Below are positions 21,661 through 31,925 of a stretch of 64,000 nucleotides of DNA, piece after piece. The first letter of the stretch is position 1; every line of letters begins with the position of its first letter. Made by a program: the position numbers and the translations under genes. Source of the DNA: an uncultured Planctomycetota bacterium (GTDB taxonomy: Bacteria; Planctomycetota; Planctomycetia; Isosphaerales; Isosphaeraceae). The notes under the pieces are model-generated. The model ran no database searches and had not been told where the DNA came from. It worked only from the letters and a program-made list of their open reading frames with translations. Where the stretch lies: positions 23,060 through 87,059 of the forward strand of contig CAWJTV010000016.1 in assembly GCA_963845755.1 (NCBI GenBank), read 5' to 3'.

Positions 21661-21688
21661 GTGAGTAGCAATGGAACAGAAAACCGGC
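21661..21688 (-). repeat. Right arm of 28-bp perfect inverted repeat
   Basis: GTGAGTAGCAATGGAACAGAAAACCGGC, exact reverse complement of 18594-18621. Confidence 0.9.
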
Positions 21689-21769
21689 ATAAGTCGTCGA
21701 GCGACTTCTACTTTGACGACCCAAAGCGGACCTGACGCCCGGGCGCAATCCGTCGGGCGAGTCGCACGA

Positions 21770-22130
21770 TTAAGCGGGAGCGTACGTCAACCTAATCACG
21801 TCCTCGCCAACGAGATCGCTGGTCACGAAGCGGAGCGGCGGCCGAGGGCCGGAGAAGAATGGCTTGCCGCGACCCAGTACGATGGGATGGAGGTAATGTC
21901 GATACTCATCAATAAGACCAAGGTTGGTCAGGCTTCCTGCCGAGCCTGGTCCGGCAACTTCAAGCTCCCCAACTGGCTGTGCCTTCAGCCCACGTATCAC
22001 CGCCTCGATGTCATCCTCGACCAGTGTGGCGTTGGGTCCGACCGACTTCAACGTGCGCGACACAACCCACTTCGGCTGGCTGCGCCACGCCGCCGCGAAC
22101 TCGTGTCCCGCCGCGCCCCAACGCCTCTCG
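21770..22130 (-). pseudogene. RibD-C/dihydrofolate reductase family fragment lacking N-terminus
   Basis: FAAAWRSQPKWVVSRTL...LGLIDEYRHYLHPIVLGRGKPFF; the N-terminal SLDGY region and a start codon are absent. Confidence 0.75.
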
Positions 22131-22172
22131 TGAAGGGAGGGTCTGCGCACACCACGATTCCCGCTCTCCGTC

Positions 22173-23030
22173 CTACTCGAGTCGAGCCACACCATTCCCC
22201 GGCTTCGGGAACCGGACGAACACCTCCGGATCGTGTCCCGGGATGATCAATCGAGGGTTGGTCGCGAGCTTCTTCATCCGGTCCTGCGCAGCCAGGTTTG
22301 ACTTGGCGTCGAGCGTAGCCGTGATCGGCACGTGCTTGTCGAGGTTCTCGTACAGATAGACGTTGTCCGACGCCACCACCATACGGCCCGACTTCGTATT
22401 TACGCCCACGTACTGCGACGCGAACGTGTGCTTCCCTCCGGTGTAAACCGTCACTCCCGGTATGATCTCCTTGGCGTCGCCGTCGACCAGACGAACACGG
22501 CCCTCGGTGTTCAGCTTCACCAGGGCCGCGACATCATCCTGCTCGGTCGCCGCGCCTTTGCCGGCCGGCGGCTTGACCTCGCGCGTGTAATGATTGAATT
22601 CATCTTTCTGGATCCAGACTGTTGCCTTCGGAAACAAATCGACACCATCGAAGTGATCCGAGTGCATGTGTGTGATGATGACGTCGGTCACCTCTTCCGG
22701 CTTGATCCCAAGTCGCCCGACCGCCTTGTCCGGTCGAATGTAGTCGGCGATCCCTTTGAACTCCTCGAAGAACTGCGGCCGGTAGAACCCGGCATCGACC
22801 AGGACCGTCCGCCCGGCTGGGCCTTTCAGTACCCAGAAAGTCATGGCGAGGTCGACTTTCCGTTGCGGTTCGGCCCCCTGCACGAGAAAAGAGACTGGAC
22901 AGCCGGTCGCCGTGCCATACCGGACAGCATACACTTCGTAGCGCGGCGGCTCGTCGGCCCGTGCGTCGAGCCCATAGAGGCCGCTGACTCCAGTCACGAC
23001 GATGAGGGCGAGGAACCGTTGATGTGGCAT
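22173..23030 (-). CDS. Secreted metallo-beta-lactamase-fold hydrolase, N-acyl homoserine lactonase family
   Basis: Signal peptide; VLVDAG, ITHMHSDH (HxHxDH), GKHT, ASDNVY, IIPGHDP. Confidence 0.85.
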   Translation of the reverse strand: MPHQRFLALIVVTGVSGLYGLDARADEPPRYEVYAVRYGTATGCPVSFLVQGAEPQRKVDLAMTFWVLKGPAGRTVLVDAGFYRPQFFEEFKGIADYIRPDKAVGRLGIKPEEVTDVIITHMHSDHFDGVDLFPKATVWIQKDEFNHYTREVKPPAGKGAATEQDDVAALVKLNTEGRVRLVDGDAKEIIPGVTVYTGGKHTFASQYVGVNTKSGRMVVASDNVYLYENLDKHVPITATLDAKSNLAAQDRMKKLATNPRLIIPGHDPEVFVRFPKPGNGVARLE

Positions 23031-23208
23031 GAAAAGCTCGCAAAACAGAACGGGGATAGGCCGAGTAGTCGGACACAGGCTCGACAACGACGCCGCGCCA
23101 TCGTCAGTGTGACCAATAACCAGGGGTCCGCCTGTGGCCGGGAGTGAAATTGAACGACTGGTCCGGAGCAAGCATTGCGGTCATTCACATTTTTACCGGA
23201 TTGGACCA

Positions 23209-24260
23209 TGTTCCGCTGACAGATAAAGTCGTGGCCTTCACAAAGGAGCGGCGGTCACGATTTCTTTCCTTGCGACTTTCGATTCTTGCCACCCTCTACG
23301 ACCCTTGAACCAAGAAGGCGCCTCGAGGCGGAGCATAAGGGACTCCGCGACCGAGGTTCGGCCGTCGGAAGTCCGCGGCTTCCTTGGGCCCGAATCCAGC
23401 GTGCCACAATCCTGGGGCTTGTCAAGGGGGGCGCCGGCCTCGACAGAGACGCTGTCTGCTCAAGGGGTGTGAAAAGTCGTTCCGACCGACCCATCCCCAG
23501 GCCCGGTACTGCAGTCCCGAGTGTCGCGCGGCGGCGCGGCGATGGCGGCGGAGACAGGCCAGCCGGCAGTATCGGCGGACGAGCCACGGTCAAGAAAAAC
23601 GCCGGGATCAGAGCCGGCGGTACCGGTGTCGTTGCGCCGAGCGCCGGCGGGCGGCCCAAGCCCAGGATACCGCGTGCGGTACGCGACCAGTGCCAAGCTG
23701 CTCCAGGACTTCACCGCGGCCCTGGCTGATGGAACCTCGACCCTTGTCATCGCCGAATACGCACGTTTCGATCTTCTCTTGATCGACGAATTCGGTTTCG
23801 ACCGCCTGGAGCACGAGGGCAAGCCCAGGCCAGCACCTCGTACTACCGCCTCCTCGACGCCCGCACCGGCCGCCGCTCGACGGCGCTGCGAGCCAACATC
23901 GACTTTGCCGCCTGGGCCCTATCGCGACCCACCCTGGCCACGGCATTCCTCGACCGCCTGGTCGCCTCTAACCTGCTCCGGGCCCTCCCCCCCCGATCCC
24001 ACCATCGTCTGGGCGACCGACCAGGTGCCCTCACCCCTCCCGAAAAGCGCCCACCAACGATTCGCCGCAACCGCTCAGGTGGTACCCGCTGGCCCGAAAT
24101 CGCCTCACGGACCGAAACCGACACATGTGGTACCTTCGAGTGGAGAGAGTGCCGAACCAACCGCAGCACACCTGCGTCTTCTTGGGCAGATCGCCACACC
24201 TGAACCAACCCAAGACAAGACTCCGGCTTGGCCGCATCCCTGGCTCGTACTAGAATCGAA
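23209..24260 (+). mobile_element. Internally deleted IS21-family remnant (boundaries approximate)
   Basis: Cys/Arg-rich accessory ORF (23384-, RRCLLKGC...ARYCSPEC) joined to a frameshifted IstB fragment (YRVRYATS...DLLLIDEFGFD...ATAFLDRL); repeated GTGGTACC near right end; no istA. Confidence 0.65.
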
Positions 24261-24294
24261 TTCAGTTCTTTAACGATTCTCGTCGGGAGGCCCC

Positions 24295-24366
24295 ATGCTC
24301 GACATCAGCCGCGACATCCATTCGCTGACCGAGTGTCACACCGCCCGTGACGAACTGGAACCATGA
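24295..24366 (+). pseudogene. Truncated Phd/YefM-type antitoxin N-terminus
   Basis: GGGAGG RBS then MLDISRDIHSLTE, the typical Phd start, lost after about 13 codons. Confidence 0.5.
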
Positions 24367-24513
24367 CACCGCCGTGGGCCCTCTCCTTTTATTCCCGTAC
24401 GCGGCGCGTCAACGCCGATCGAAAACGAAAACCCCGTGGACGGACCGTCCGCCATCCGGTACAGTTCGGGTTGAGAAGTTGTTGATCAAAGGTTAAACTT
24501 TGAGGCCGATGCG

Positions 24514-25915
24514 ATGGATGCTCCGGGGACGGGTCACCGGTTCGGTTGCCGCGAGTTCCGGCGGCGGGAGCCGTCGCGGCGCGAGGCGCGTGCGCGCCGG
24601 GGCGCTGGCAATGGCAGGGCTGGGGTTGCCCGAGCTGTATCGCAACCGGGCGGGCGCGGCGGGCCCCGGAGGATTCGGGCGGGCGAAATCGTGCCTCCTG
24701 ATCTTCATGTGGGGCGGTCCGAGTCAGCTCGACACGTGGGACCCGAAGCCCGATGCACCGGCGGAGATCCGCGGCAGCTTCCGCACAATCGCGACCCGGA
24801 CTCCGGGCGTTCGGATCAGCGAGCACTTCCCCAAGCTGGCGGTGCGGACGGACAAGTTGGCGATCGTGCGGTCGATGAGCCACGACGACGCCGCACATCT
24901 CTCGACGGCCCACCGCATCTTGACCGGGCACCTCGCCCCGACGCCGAATTCCGACGCGGCCGGTCCGTCGCCCAACGACTGGCCGCACCTGGGTTCGCTG
25001 GTCGCGCGCGTCCGGCCGCGACGCGGGGCGCTGCCCCAGTCGGTGACGATGCCCTGGACGGTCGCCCATCCGGCCGCGCCCGGCGGCAAGGCCCCGGGCC
25101 AGCACGGCGGCTGGCTCGGAAAGGCGTACGACCCGTTCCGGGTCGAAGGGGATCCGAACGCCCACGATTTCCAGGTTGAGGGCCTCGGCTTGCCCGAGGG
25201 CGTCTCGGCCGATCGGCTCGGCCGCCGGCGCGCCTTGCGTGCCGGGATGGATCGCTCATCAGGGCTCTCCGGGACCGGTCCCGCCGCCTGGGATGGTTAT
25301 TGCGAGCGGGCGCTCGACTCGCTCGGCTCGGCCGAGGCGCAAGGCGCCTTCACGCTCGACGGAGAGGACCCGCTCATCCGCGACCGATACGGCCGGAACA
25401 TCCACGGACAATGCCTCTTGCTGGCCCGGCGCCTGATCGAGGCGGGCGTCCCGCTGGTGACGGTCAATTGGCACGACGACCACAGTAACTTCTGGGACAC
25501 CCACGGCGACAACTTCAACCAGCTCAAGGACCGGCTGATGCCTCCCGCCGACCAGGGACTGTCCGCCCTGCTCGACGACCTGGATGCGCGGGGACTTCTC
25601 GATGAGACACTGGTCGTCTGGGTCGGCGAATTCGGCCGCCAGCCGCACATCACCCGCGGCAACGCCGGCCGCGAACACTGGCCGCACTGCTACAGCGCCG
25701 TCCTGGCAGGGGCCGGTATTTGCGGCGGGGCGGTCCACGGCGCCTCCGACCGCTGGGCCGCCTACCCGGCGCACGATCCGGTCAGCCCCGACGACCTCGG
25801 CGCCACGATCCTCCACGCCCTCGGCATCAACCCCGCGACCGAGATTCGCGACCCGGTCGGCCGGCCCATGCGGATCAATAACGGCAACCCACTGACGAGG
25901 TTGTTCGTGTCCTGA
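24514..25915 (+). CDS. DUF1501 family protein (TAT-exported; frameshift near 24590)
   Basis: SRRE..RAG signal, AKSCLLIFMWGGPSQLDTWDPKP, LLARRLIEAGV, WDTH, GEFGRQP, GREHW. Confidence 0.92.
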
Positions 25916-26020
25916 ATACGCCGGAGAGACGGCGGCGTCCCGATGCACATCGCGGCCCAGATTCTCTGAGGGCGACTTGGCCGACCGGCTCAGGAGCGGT
26001 CCTTCCAGTCGCGACCTGGT

Positions 26021-26476
26021 TCACCGGCGAGATCCCGCTTCGATCGGACCGCGCCGAGAGTCTCGCGGAAGAAAGGCCGCCGGTGACAAGTCGAAGAACA
26101 TGGCGAGCTTGAGGATCTGCCCCTTGGTGAGCGAGCGGGCACCGGTCAGCACCGCCGAAATCGTAGACTGAGCGATACCGACGGCCTTCGCCAGCTCCAT
26201 CTGACTGAACCCGTTGGACCGCATCAGCTCGCGGAGTACGTCGGCCTCCGAGACATCCGCCATCGCGACATGCTCGTCCTCGTAGGCTGCGACCAGGTCG
26301 GTCAAGACGTCCAGGTACCTCTGGATCCCTTCATCCCGGTCCTGCCGCAACAACCCGTTGAGCACCGCGAGCGCCTCATCCAGGTGGGCCTCGTCCCGGA
26401 TATGGATGAGCGGGAATCGCTTGACCAGCTTCCAGTAGGTGTCCGGCACTCTCGGGGTAGCGGCCTTGGCTGCCAT
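26021..26476 (-). CDS. higA: HigA-type antitoxin (XRE HTH)
   Basis: FPLIHIRDEAHLDEAL...LVAAYEDEH...LRELMRSNGFSQMELAKAVGIAQSTISAVLTGARSLT. Confidence 0.85.
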   Translation of the reverse strand: MAAKAATPRVPDTYWKLVKRFPLIHIRDEAHLDEALAVLNGLLRQDRDEGIQRYLDVLTDLVAAYEDEHVAMADVSEADVLRELMRSNGFSQMELAKAVGIAQSTISAVLTGARSLTKGQILKLAMFFDLSPAAFLPRDSRRGPIEAGSRR

Positions 26477-26482
26477 CGCTCA

Positions 26483-26875
26483 TCATCCTCTCTTCTGCCG
26501 GCGGGGCATGGCCGCCCCCGGTGCGGGGGACTTCTTCGCCACGGGCGGCCTTCTGGGCGGGGGCTCGTGACACCCGCAGTCATCGATCCAGCGTCCCTTG
26601 TCGTATTCCCGGTGATCCATCACCTTGAGGATGTACAGTTTGCCGGTGGTATAGAACACGCGCCCGATCAGCCGGAAGCGGTTGTTGCCCACGTCGAAAA
26701 CGACGCAGTTGCCGACCTGATCGGCCGATCCGAAGGTCTGCCTGAGCGCCCCGAAGTGGTCCCAGTCGGCGCTTTCGGCCATCTTGAACCAGGCTGGCGG
26801 TACTTGACCGCTTCAGGCATGCCAGCCCCCTCCCAGAGACCTGTGTGGAGCAATGATCGCTGATTTGATTCTTAT
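26483..26875 (-). CDS. higB: HigB-type toxin, N-terminal part garbled/frameshifted
   Basis: AWFKMAESADW...FGSADQVGNCVVFDVGNNRFRLIGRVFY...VMDHREYDKGRW; upstream of higA. Confidence 0.8.
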
Positions 26876-26906
26876 GGTACTCGCTCACTTCCACTCCACG
26901 CTGTCG

Positions 26907-27479
26907 TTACCCCGGTCTTGAAGGAACGGCCGCGCCCGTTTCCGTCTCCTCCTGAGCGAAGACGCGCTCGTAGTCCTCTTCCGCCGTCTTGCCCAACCGC
27001 TCGGCCATCTTCCGATAGGCGGGCCGTCGATAATCCCATTCCCGGGACCGGGGCACCTGTTCCAGCCAGTCGAAGAGGTGGACGTGGCACAGGTCGTCGT
27101 AGTCGTGCCGCGAGAGCGGGACCTCTTCGCCGGTGATGCGGTCCACGATCCGATAAGGCTCGGCCACCTGACCGAGGGCCCGGTCGAAAGACGCACGATC
27201 CATGGCGCAGTTCAGGTACGCGAGGTGTTCCGCCCGGTCGCCGATCAAGGTGCGGACCTCGCCCCGGCGCTCGAGGGGCAAGGTGAAACCCTGGAACTTC
27301 TCGGTGCCGTAGATCGAGTGGAACATCCCGGCCCGACAAACGTCCTCCGGACAGCCCTGCGATTCCAGGAGACGGAACACGGCGATCAAGTGCGCCAGGT
27401 ACGACTTGTGCGTGTGCGCGACCTGCTCGATGCCCATCCCGACCAGGAAATCGGTCATCCGCTTGAAGTCTTTATCCAT
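26907..27479 (-). CDS. DUF6817-like HD-related protein
   Basis: VAHTHKSYLAHL...CRAGMFHSIYGTE...IGDRAEHLAYL...DWLEQ. Confidence 0.75.
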   Translation of the reverse strand: MDKDFKRMTDFLVGMGIEQVAHTHKSYLAHLIAVFRLLESQGCPEDVCRAGMFHSIYGTEKFQGFTLPLERRGEVRTLIGDRAEHLAYLNCAMDRASFDRALGQVAEPYRIVDRITGEEVPLSRHDYDDLCHVHLFDWLEQVPRSREWDYRRPAYRKMAERLGKTAEEDYERVFAQEETETGAAVPSRPG

Positions 27480-27538
27480 CGTCCACCCCGCGACGTTCCA
27501 GGAGAGAGACTACACGCCACACCCTGAAGATTATCCCC

Positions 27539-27590
27539 AACGCGGCGGAGACCGCAACCCAACGAGGATTCCGGATTTCCGGATGCCCCA
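27539..27590. repeat. Second copy of the hairpin mini-element left end
   Basis: AACGCGGC-GGAG-ACCGCAACCCAA-CGA-GGATTCCGGATT aligns with AACGCGGC-CTTCG-GCCGCAACCCAA-TCG-GGATTCCCGATT at 8863. Confidence 0.7.
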
Positions 27591-28060
27591 GGCCCCTCTT
27601 CAAACCACGGATCCCGGCCGCGCAGTCTCCCTGTTTTCTTTTTTTTCGGATTTTCGCATCTACTGCCGCGGTCGAAAGTTCGGGAGGCCAGCAGCCTGAA
27701 ATCCGCACTAGGTGCATTAACGAAATTTCCAAGTTGCGGCATACTGAATATAGAGGATCTCGAAACCCGTACCTGGTCGCGAAAGACCTGAGAATTCCGC
27801 CTTCCCAATGCCGCCCGCGACTCGATTGCTCCGACCTTTTCGGGACGTGCACCGAACTCGCTTCGGGTTAAAGAGATCGGCGACGGCGACTCGCCGAAAT
27901 GGTGATCACCAGTGCCTATTTGTGCCACGATCCCGGGCTGGCGCGGCCCCACCCAACCCCGGCGCCCGTGGGAATGAAGCTAACCCGCGGAGGAGCTTCC
28001 GGTGGGCGGCTGATGGCGCGGGGCGTCGGCTGAATTGCTGGTCGGTGAGGGGCACGGCCG

Positions 28061-29552
28061 ATGTCCGGAGAGAACGCGAACACAGCCGATCCGAATCCGT
28101 CCATGAGTCATACCTCGACCGTTCGGCGATACCTCCCGAGGTTCCTTCCTCTCACCGCGATCCTGGTATTGGCCTCGATGCTGCGGATGTTTCATCTGGG
28201 CCAGAGCAGTCTCTGGTACGACGAGATCGTCACGATGCGACTGGCCCGTACGGAGGACCCCTCCGCCCTTCTCCGGCTCCTCGATCAGATCGATGCGACC
28301 CGTGCTCCCCTTCAACCGTGTCTCCTTCAAGGCTGGGTCTCCCTCTTCGGACCCTCCGATCTCTCGGGTCGGAGCTTCAGTGGCGCTCTGCGGCATCCTC
28401 ACGGTCGCCGTCGTGTACTGGGTCGGCCTCAGGGCCTTCGATGCGACGACTGGACTCTGGGCCTCCTGGCTTTGTGCGATCAGCCCCCTGCTGGTGTATT
28501 ACTCGCGGGAAGTGCGCATGTACGCGTGGCTGGTCCTGGTCACATGCCTGGGTTGGGGCCTGTTGTTCTCGCAGAGGCGCTCGCCGCGAATCGGGAATCT
28601 CGTGCTCTATGGACTCGCCCTGATGGCCATCGCTTACTCGCACCCACTCGGCTTGTTGATGGTCGGCGCCCTCGGTTTGGCCTCGTTCCTGCATCGCCGG
28701 GCGTTCCAGGTTTCCTGGCGGAGCTGGCTCATCACGCATCTCGCCGTCGCGGCGGCCGTCATGCCGTGGGTGGGCAAGTACCTGGACCACGCCCCGGAAT
28801 CGACCACCGGTCTGCTGTCACTCCGGTTCTTGCTCGGGATGCCGATCGGATTCATCGGTGGAAACTTCGTCACTCTGCTCGCTTGCTCGCTGTTGATCGC
28901 GTGTGGTCTGTGTGGGCTTCAACGACGAGACAACGGCGGTTTCCGGATCGTGCCGGAACCCGCCGCTCCGTCCATATCTCTCTTGATCTGGCTGTTGGTT
29001 CCTCCCGTTGTCCTTTACGTTTACTCGCGCGTCGCGCATCCGATTTTCGGCCCGGCGCGCTATACGCTATTCGTCGGCCCGGCCTACCTGATTCTGGTGG
29101 CCCGAGGGCTGAGCAAGCTGGTCTGGCCCCTGGGCCTCGCGGTCGCGGCGGGTGGTGTCGTCCTTTCCGGCGTCATGATGCGGAACGACGTCTATCGCCC
29201 CGACCTGAAAGCCGACTGGAGGGGAGCCGCCGCTTACCTCAACCGCCGCGACCCGGGCGCGCCGGTCGCGATCCTCTCGGCGGACGCTTCCGGAGATACG
29301 GAGCTCGAGACCGCCCGCTATTACCTCGGACCGGATCGGCGGCTGATCTCCTGGGCCGATCGGCCCGGCGATGTCATCCCGAGCCGGGATCCCACCTGGG
29401 TTGCAATCAGTCTCCGGGACGGCCGGCCAGCCAGCACGCTGCCGGCGGCGTTGACCGACGAGGAATTCGTCCGAGAAACCGTCGATTTCCCGGGGCTTCG
29501 ACTGATGTGGGTCGGTTCCAAGGGGGTTCACTCCGAGGGGCCAGACCGATGA
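28061..29552 (+). CDS. GT-C fold glycosyltransferase family 39/ArnT-like (frameshift near 28390)
   Basis: LRMFHLGQSSLWYDE, ISPLLVYYSREVRMY, many TM helices, ARY..F, KADWRGAA. Confidence 0.85.
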
Positions 29553-31138
29553 GACCGATTCGAAGGAAGCTGGGGTCTGGCCTGGGTTCCGGTTTAGTCC
29601 TGGCGATCGTTGCGGTGGCTTCCGTCGGGCTGAACACCGACCTCCAGGCACCCCCGCGGTTCGACGGAGCGGGTTACGCCGTGCTCGGCGAAGCCCTGGC
29701 AACGGGGCGGGGCTATCGGGAGATCAGCGATCCGGCAACGCCCCGACACGCCCACTTCCCGCCGGGATATCCGGCCGCGCTCGCCGTCCTCTGGTGGTCC
29801 ACGGGCCGCTCGGTCGCGGCGGCCCACGTCTTCTCCGTCGCTTGCATCGTGGCCGCGGTCCTTCTGGCCTGGCGGTGGTTCCTCGCGATCTACTCGCGAA
29901 GGGTGGCCCTGCTACTCGGACTGGCCCTGGCGGTCAACTGGACCTGGGGACGGGTCGGGGGCTCGATCCAGTCGGAGCCGCTCTATATCTTCTCCGAGCT
30001 ACTGGCCGTGCTCGTGGCGGTTCAGGCGGGACGGCGGGACGGTATCGCCATCGGCATGGTCCTGGGACTCGTCCTGGCTGTATGCGTCTTGACCCGGCAC
30101 GTTGGTGGATGCCTTATTGCGGCGGTGTTCCTCGATCTCGGGCTGCGCCGCCGATGGCGAACGTTGTGGCCGGCAGGGCTGACAGCGCTTGTGCTGATTC
30201 TTCCCTGGGTCGGTTGGCAGGCGGCCGTTCGCCACCACACCCAGGCCGGCCTGTTCGTGCAAGAGGAGTTGGCCGCCCGGATGGCCGGACAGGCGGTGTT
30301 TTACCTTCAGAGACTTCCCGATCAAATCACCGGCCCCATCGTCGAAGTCGGGACGGCGTTCTCCCGCTCTGCGGCCGTCGCCGTGTGGGTCAATTCCTGG
30401 GTGGCCGCGGCGACTCGCTGGCTTCTCCGTGGCCGCCGGATCGACGCCGTTGCCGTGCTGGTCAATCTCTGGGCGGTTGCGGCGACATGCGTCTTGGTTT
30501 GGGGATGGACAACGACTTTGCGAAATCCTCGCCGCCGGTTGGCCGGGCTGATCGCCTTCCTGACGCTCGCACTGCTCCTGGTCTGGCCGTTCCTGGAAGC
30601 GGGCCGGTTCCTGATCCCGCTCGTGCCCTTCTTGCTCGCGGGTGCGACCGAGGGCCTCGCACGCCTGATGTCCTTGATGGGAATGAGACGGCCCCGCAAC
30701 TGGGCGGCGGGCATGATCCTCGCGATCTCAATCCCCTACGCGGCCTACGCCGTCGCGACCGGCCGCGCCGCGGCCCAGCAGCGGATCCACGCCGATTTCG
30801 ATGGCGCCTGCCGGTGGATCGCCCACGACGCGACGCGACCCGGACTCATCCTGACCAGCCACCCCGGCGAGGTGTTCTGGCAGACGAGCCGTCAAGCCGT
30901 CGGCTGGGATTCCTCCGACCCCGAAGCCATCGGCCAGCTCATCGATCGCCGTGGGATCGCCTACCTCCTGATCGACGAGGATCGCTATGCCAACGCTGCC
31001 GAGGACCCCTTGGTGCAGTATCTGAGACGGTATCCCGAGCGGGTGACCCTGGTCTGGAGCCCGAGCCGTGGCATGGCATCGATTCAGATCTGGGAGATAT
31101 CACCGACCAGGGGTCACTCCTCGGAACGGACAAAATAG
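29549..31138 (+). CDS. GT-C fold membrane glycosyltransferase (ArnT/PMT-like)
   Basis: ATGA overlap; FDGAGYAVLGEALATGRGY...HFPPGYP, IQSEPLY, LTRHVG, GRFLIPLVP. Confidence 0.8.
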   Translation: MRPIRRKLGSGLGSGLVLAIVAVASVGLNTDLQAPPRFDGAGYAVLGEALATGRGYREISDPATPRHAHFPPGYPAALAVLWWSTGRSVAAAHVFSVACIVAAVLLAWRWFLAIYSRRVALLLGLALAVNWTWGRVGGSIQSEPLYIFSELLAVLVAVQAGRRDGIAIGMVLGLVLAVCVLTRHVGGCLIAAVFLDLGLRRRWRTLWPAGLTALVLILPWVGWQAAVRHHTQAGLFVQEELAARMAGQAVFYLQRLPDQITGPIVEVGTAFSRSAAVAVWVNSWVAAATRWLLRGRRIDAVAVLVNLWAVAATCVLVWGWTTTLRNPRRRLAGLIAFLTLALLLVWPFLEAGRFLIPLVPFLLAGATEGLARLMSLMGMRRPRNWAAGMILAISIPYAAYAVATGRAAAQQRIHADFDGACRWIAHDATRPGLILTSHPGEVFWQTSRQAVGWDSSDPEAIGQLIDRRGIAYLLIDEDRYANAAEDPLVQYLRRYPERVTLVWSPSRGMASIQIWEISPTRGHSSERTK

Positions 31139-31246
31139 CATGCCAAGGGTTGGACTCGCCTTCGCTGATGAGTATCCTTTGACAATCGTGAGAGGATTGA
31201 CGCCCGTTGTTCTACCCGATCGCGTGGATGACACGAGACCCGTGCC

Positions 31247-31891
31247 ATGTCCACCAAGCGGGTCTCGATCAGCCAGGTGATGATGGTCGTTGCGCTGGCC
31301 GCCGTGAACTTGGCCGTGACGCGCACCGCACCGGGGGATATAGCCAGATACCCTACACTCTGGGTTCTCGTGGGATCCATCGACTTCCTGATCATCTGGA
31401 AGCTGATCCTGACCCGATCACTTCGAGCCTTTCACTACACGTGCCTGATCGTCTTTGTCATTACGTACGTCGTCACGGCGAACTTCGTCGCGATGGAGCG
31501 GCTCCATCCTCTGGGCCTCCTGGTCCGTTGGTACCAACACCTCACGGGAGAGCAGACAACCAGCGTCTCGCCTGGATTCCTCTGGATCGGCGAGTTCTGG
31601 ATGGCTTGTTTCTTGAGCTTTTCGCTGGGGTGCGCGATTGGATTGGTTGCGGCGCGGCTAGAAAGGCGTCGAGGTTGGGACATCGCAGCATTCTTCCGTG
31701 GGGCGCTCATTGGGGTCGGGATTACAAGTCTATTGTCGATCGTTGCCCACGCGGCATGGGGAGGGGCGGAACCATCGTACGTTCTCTGGATTGAGAGGGT
31801 CGTCGGGTGGGTCTGTCTGATCCTGGGCGGCTTGTTGGGGTTGTCCAGGCTGAAGTCGAAGAGACCTGCCGGAGAGGGTCGCAACGGATAA
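31247..31891 (+). CDS. Hypothetical membrane protein
   Basis: RVSISQVMMVVALAAVN N-terminus; about six TM segments. Confidence 0.7.
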   Translation: MSTKRVSISQVMMVVALAAVNLAVTRTAPGDIARYPTLWVLVGSIDFLIIWKLILTRSLRAFHYTCLIVFVITYVVTANFVAMERLHPLGLLVRWYQHLTGEQTTSVSPGFLWIGEFWMACFLSFSLGCAIGLVAARLERRRGWDIAAFFRGALIGVGITSLLSIVAHAAWGGAEPSYVLWIERVVGWVCLILGGLLGLSRLKSKRPAGEGRNG

Positions 31892-31925
31892 ATCACACAG
31901 CGTCGACAAACACCTCAATTTTTGA

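Noticed and set aside
23209..23235. Tn7-like end (TGT...TGACAGATAAAGT)
   Set aside because: Single site, no matching opposite end or tns genes; more simply the left end of the IS21 remnant
28061..31138. Single 1025-aa glycosyltransferase ORF
   Set aside because: Chimera caused by a frameshift: the middle third is off-frame nonsense. The real genes are 28061-29552 and 29549-31138.
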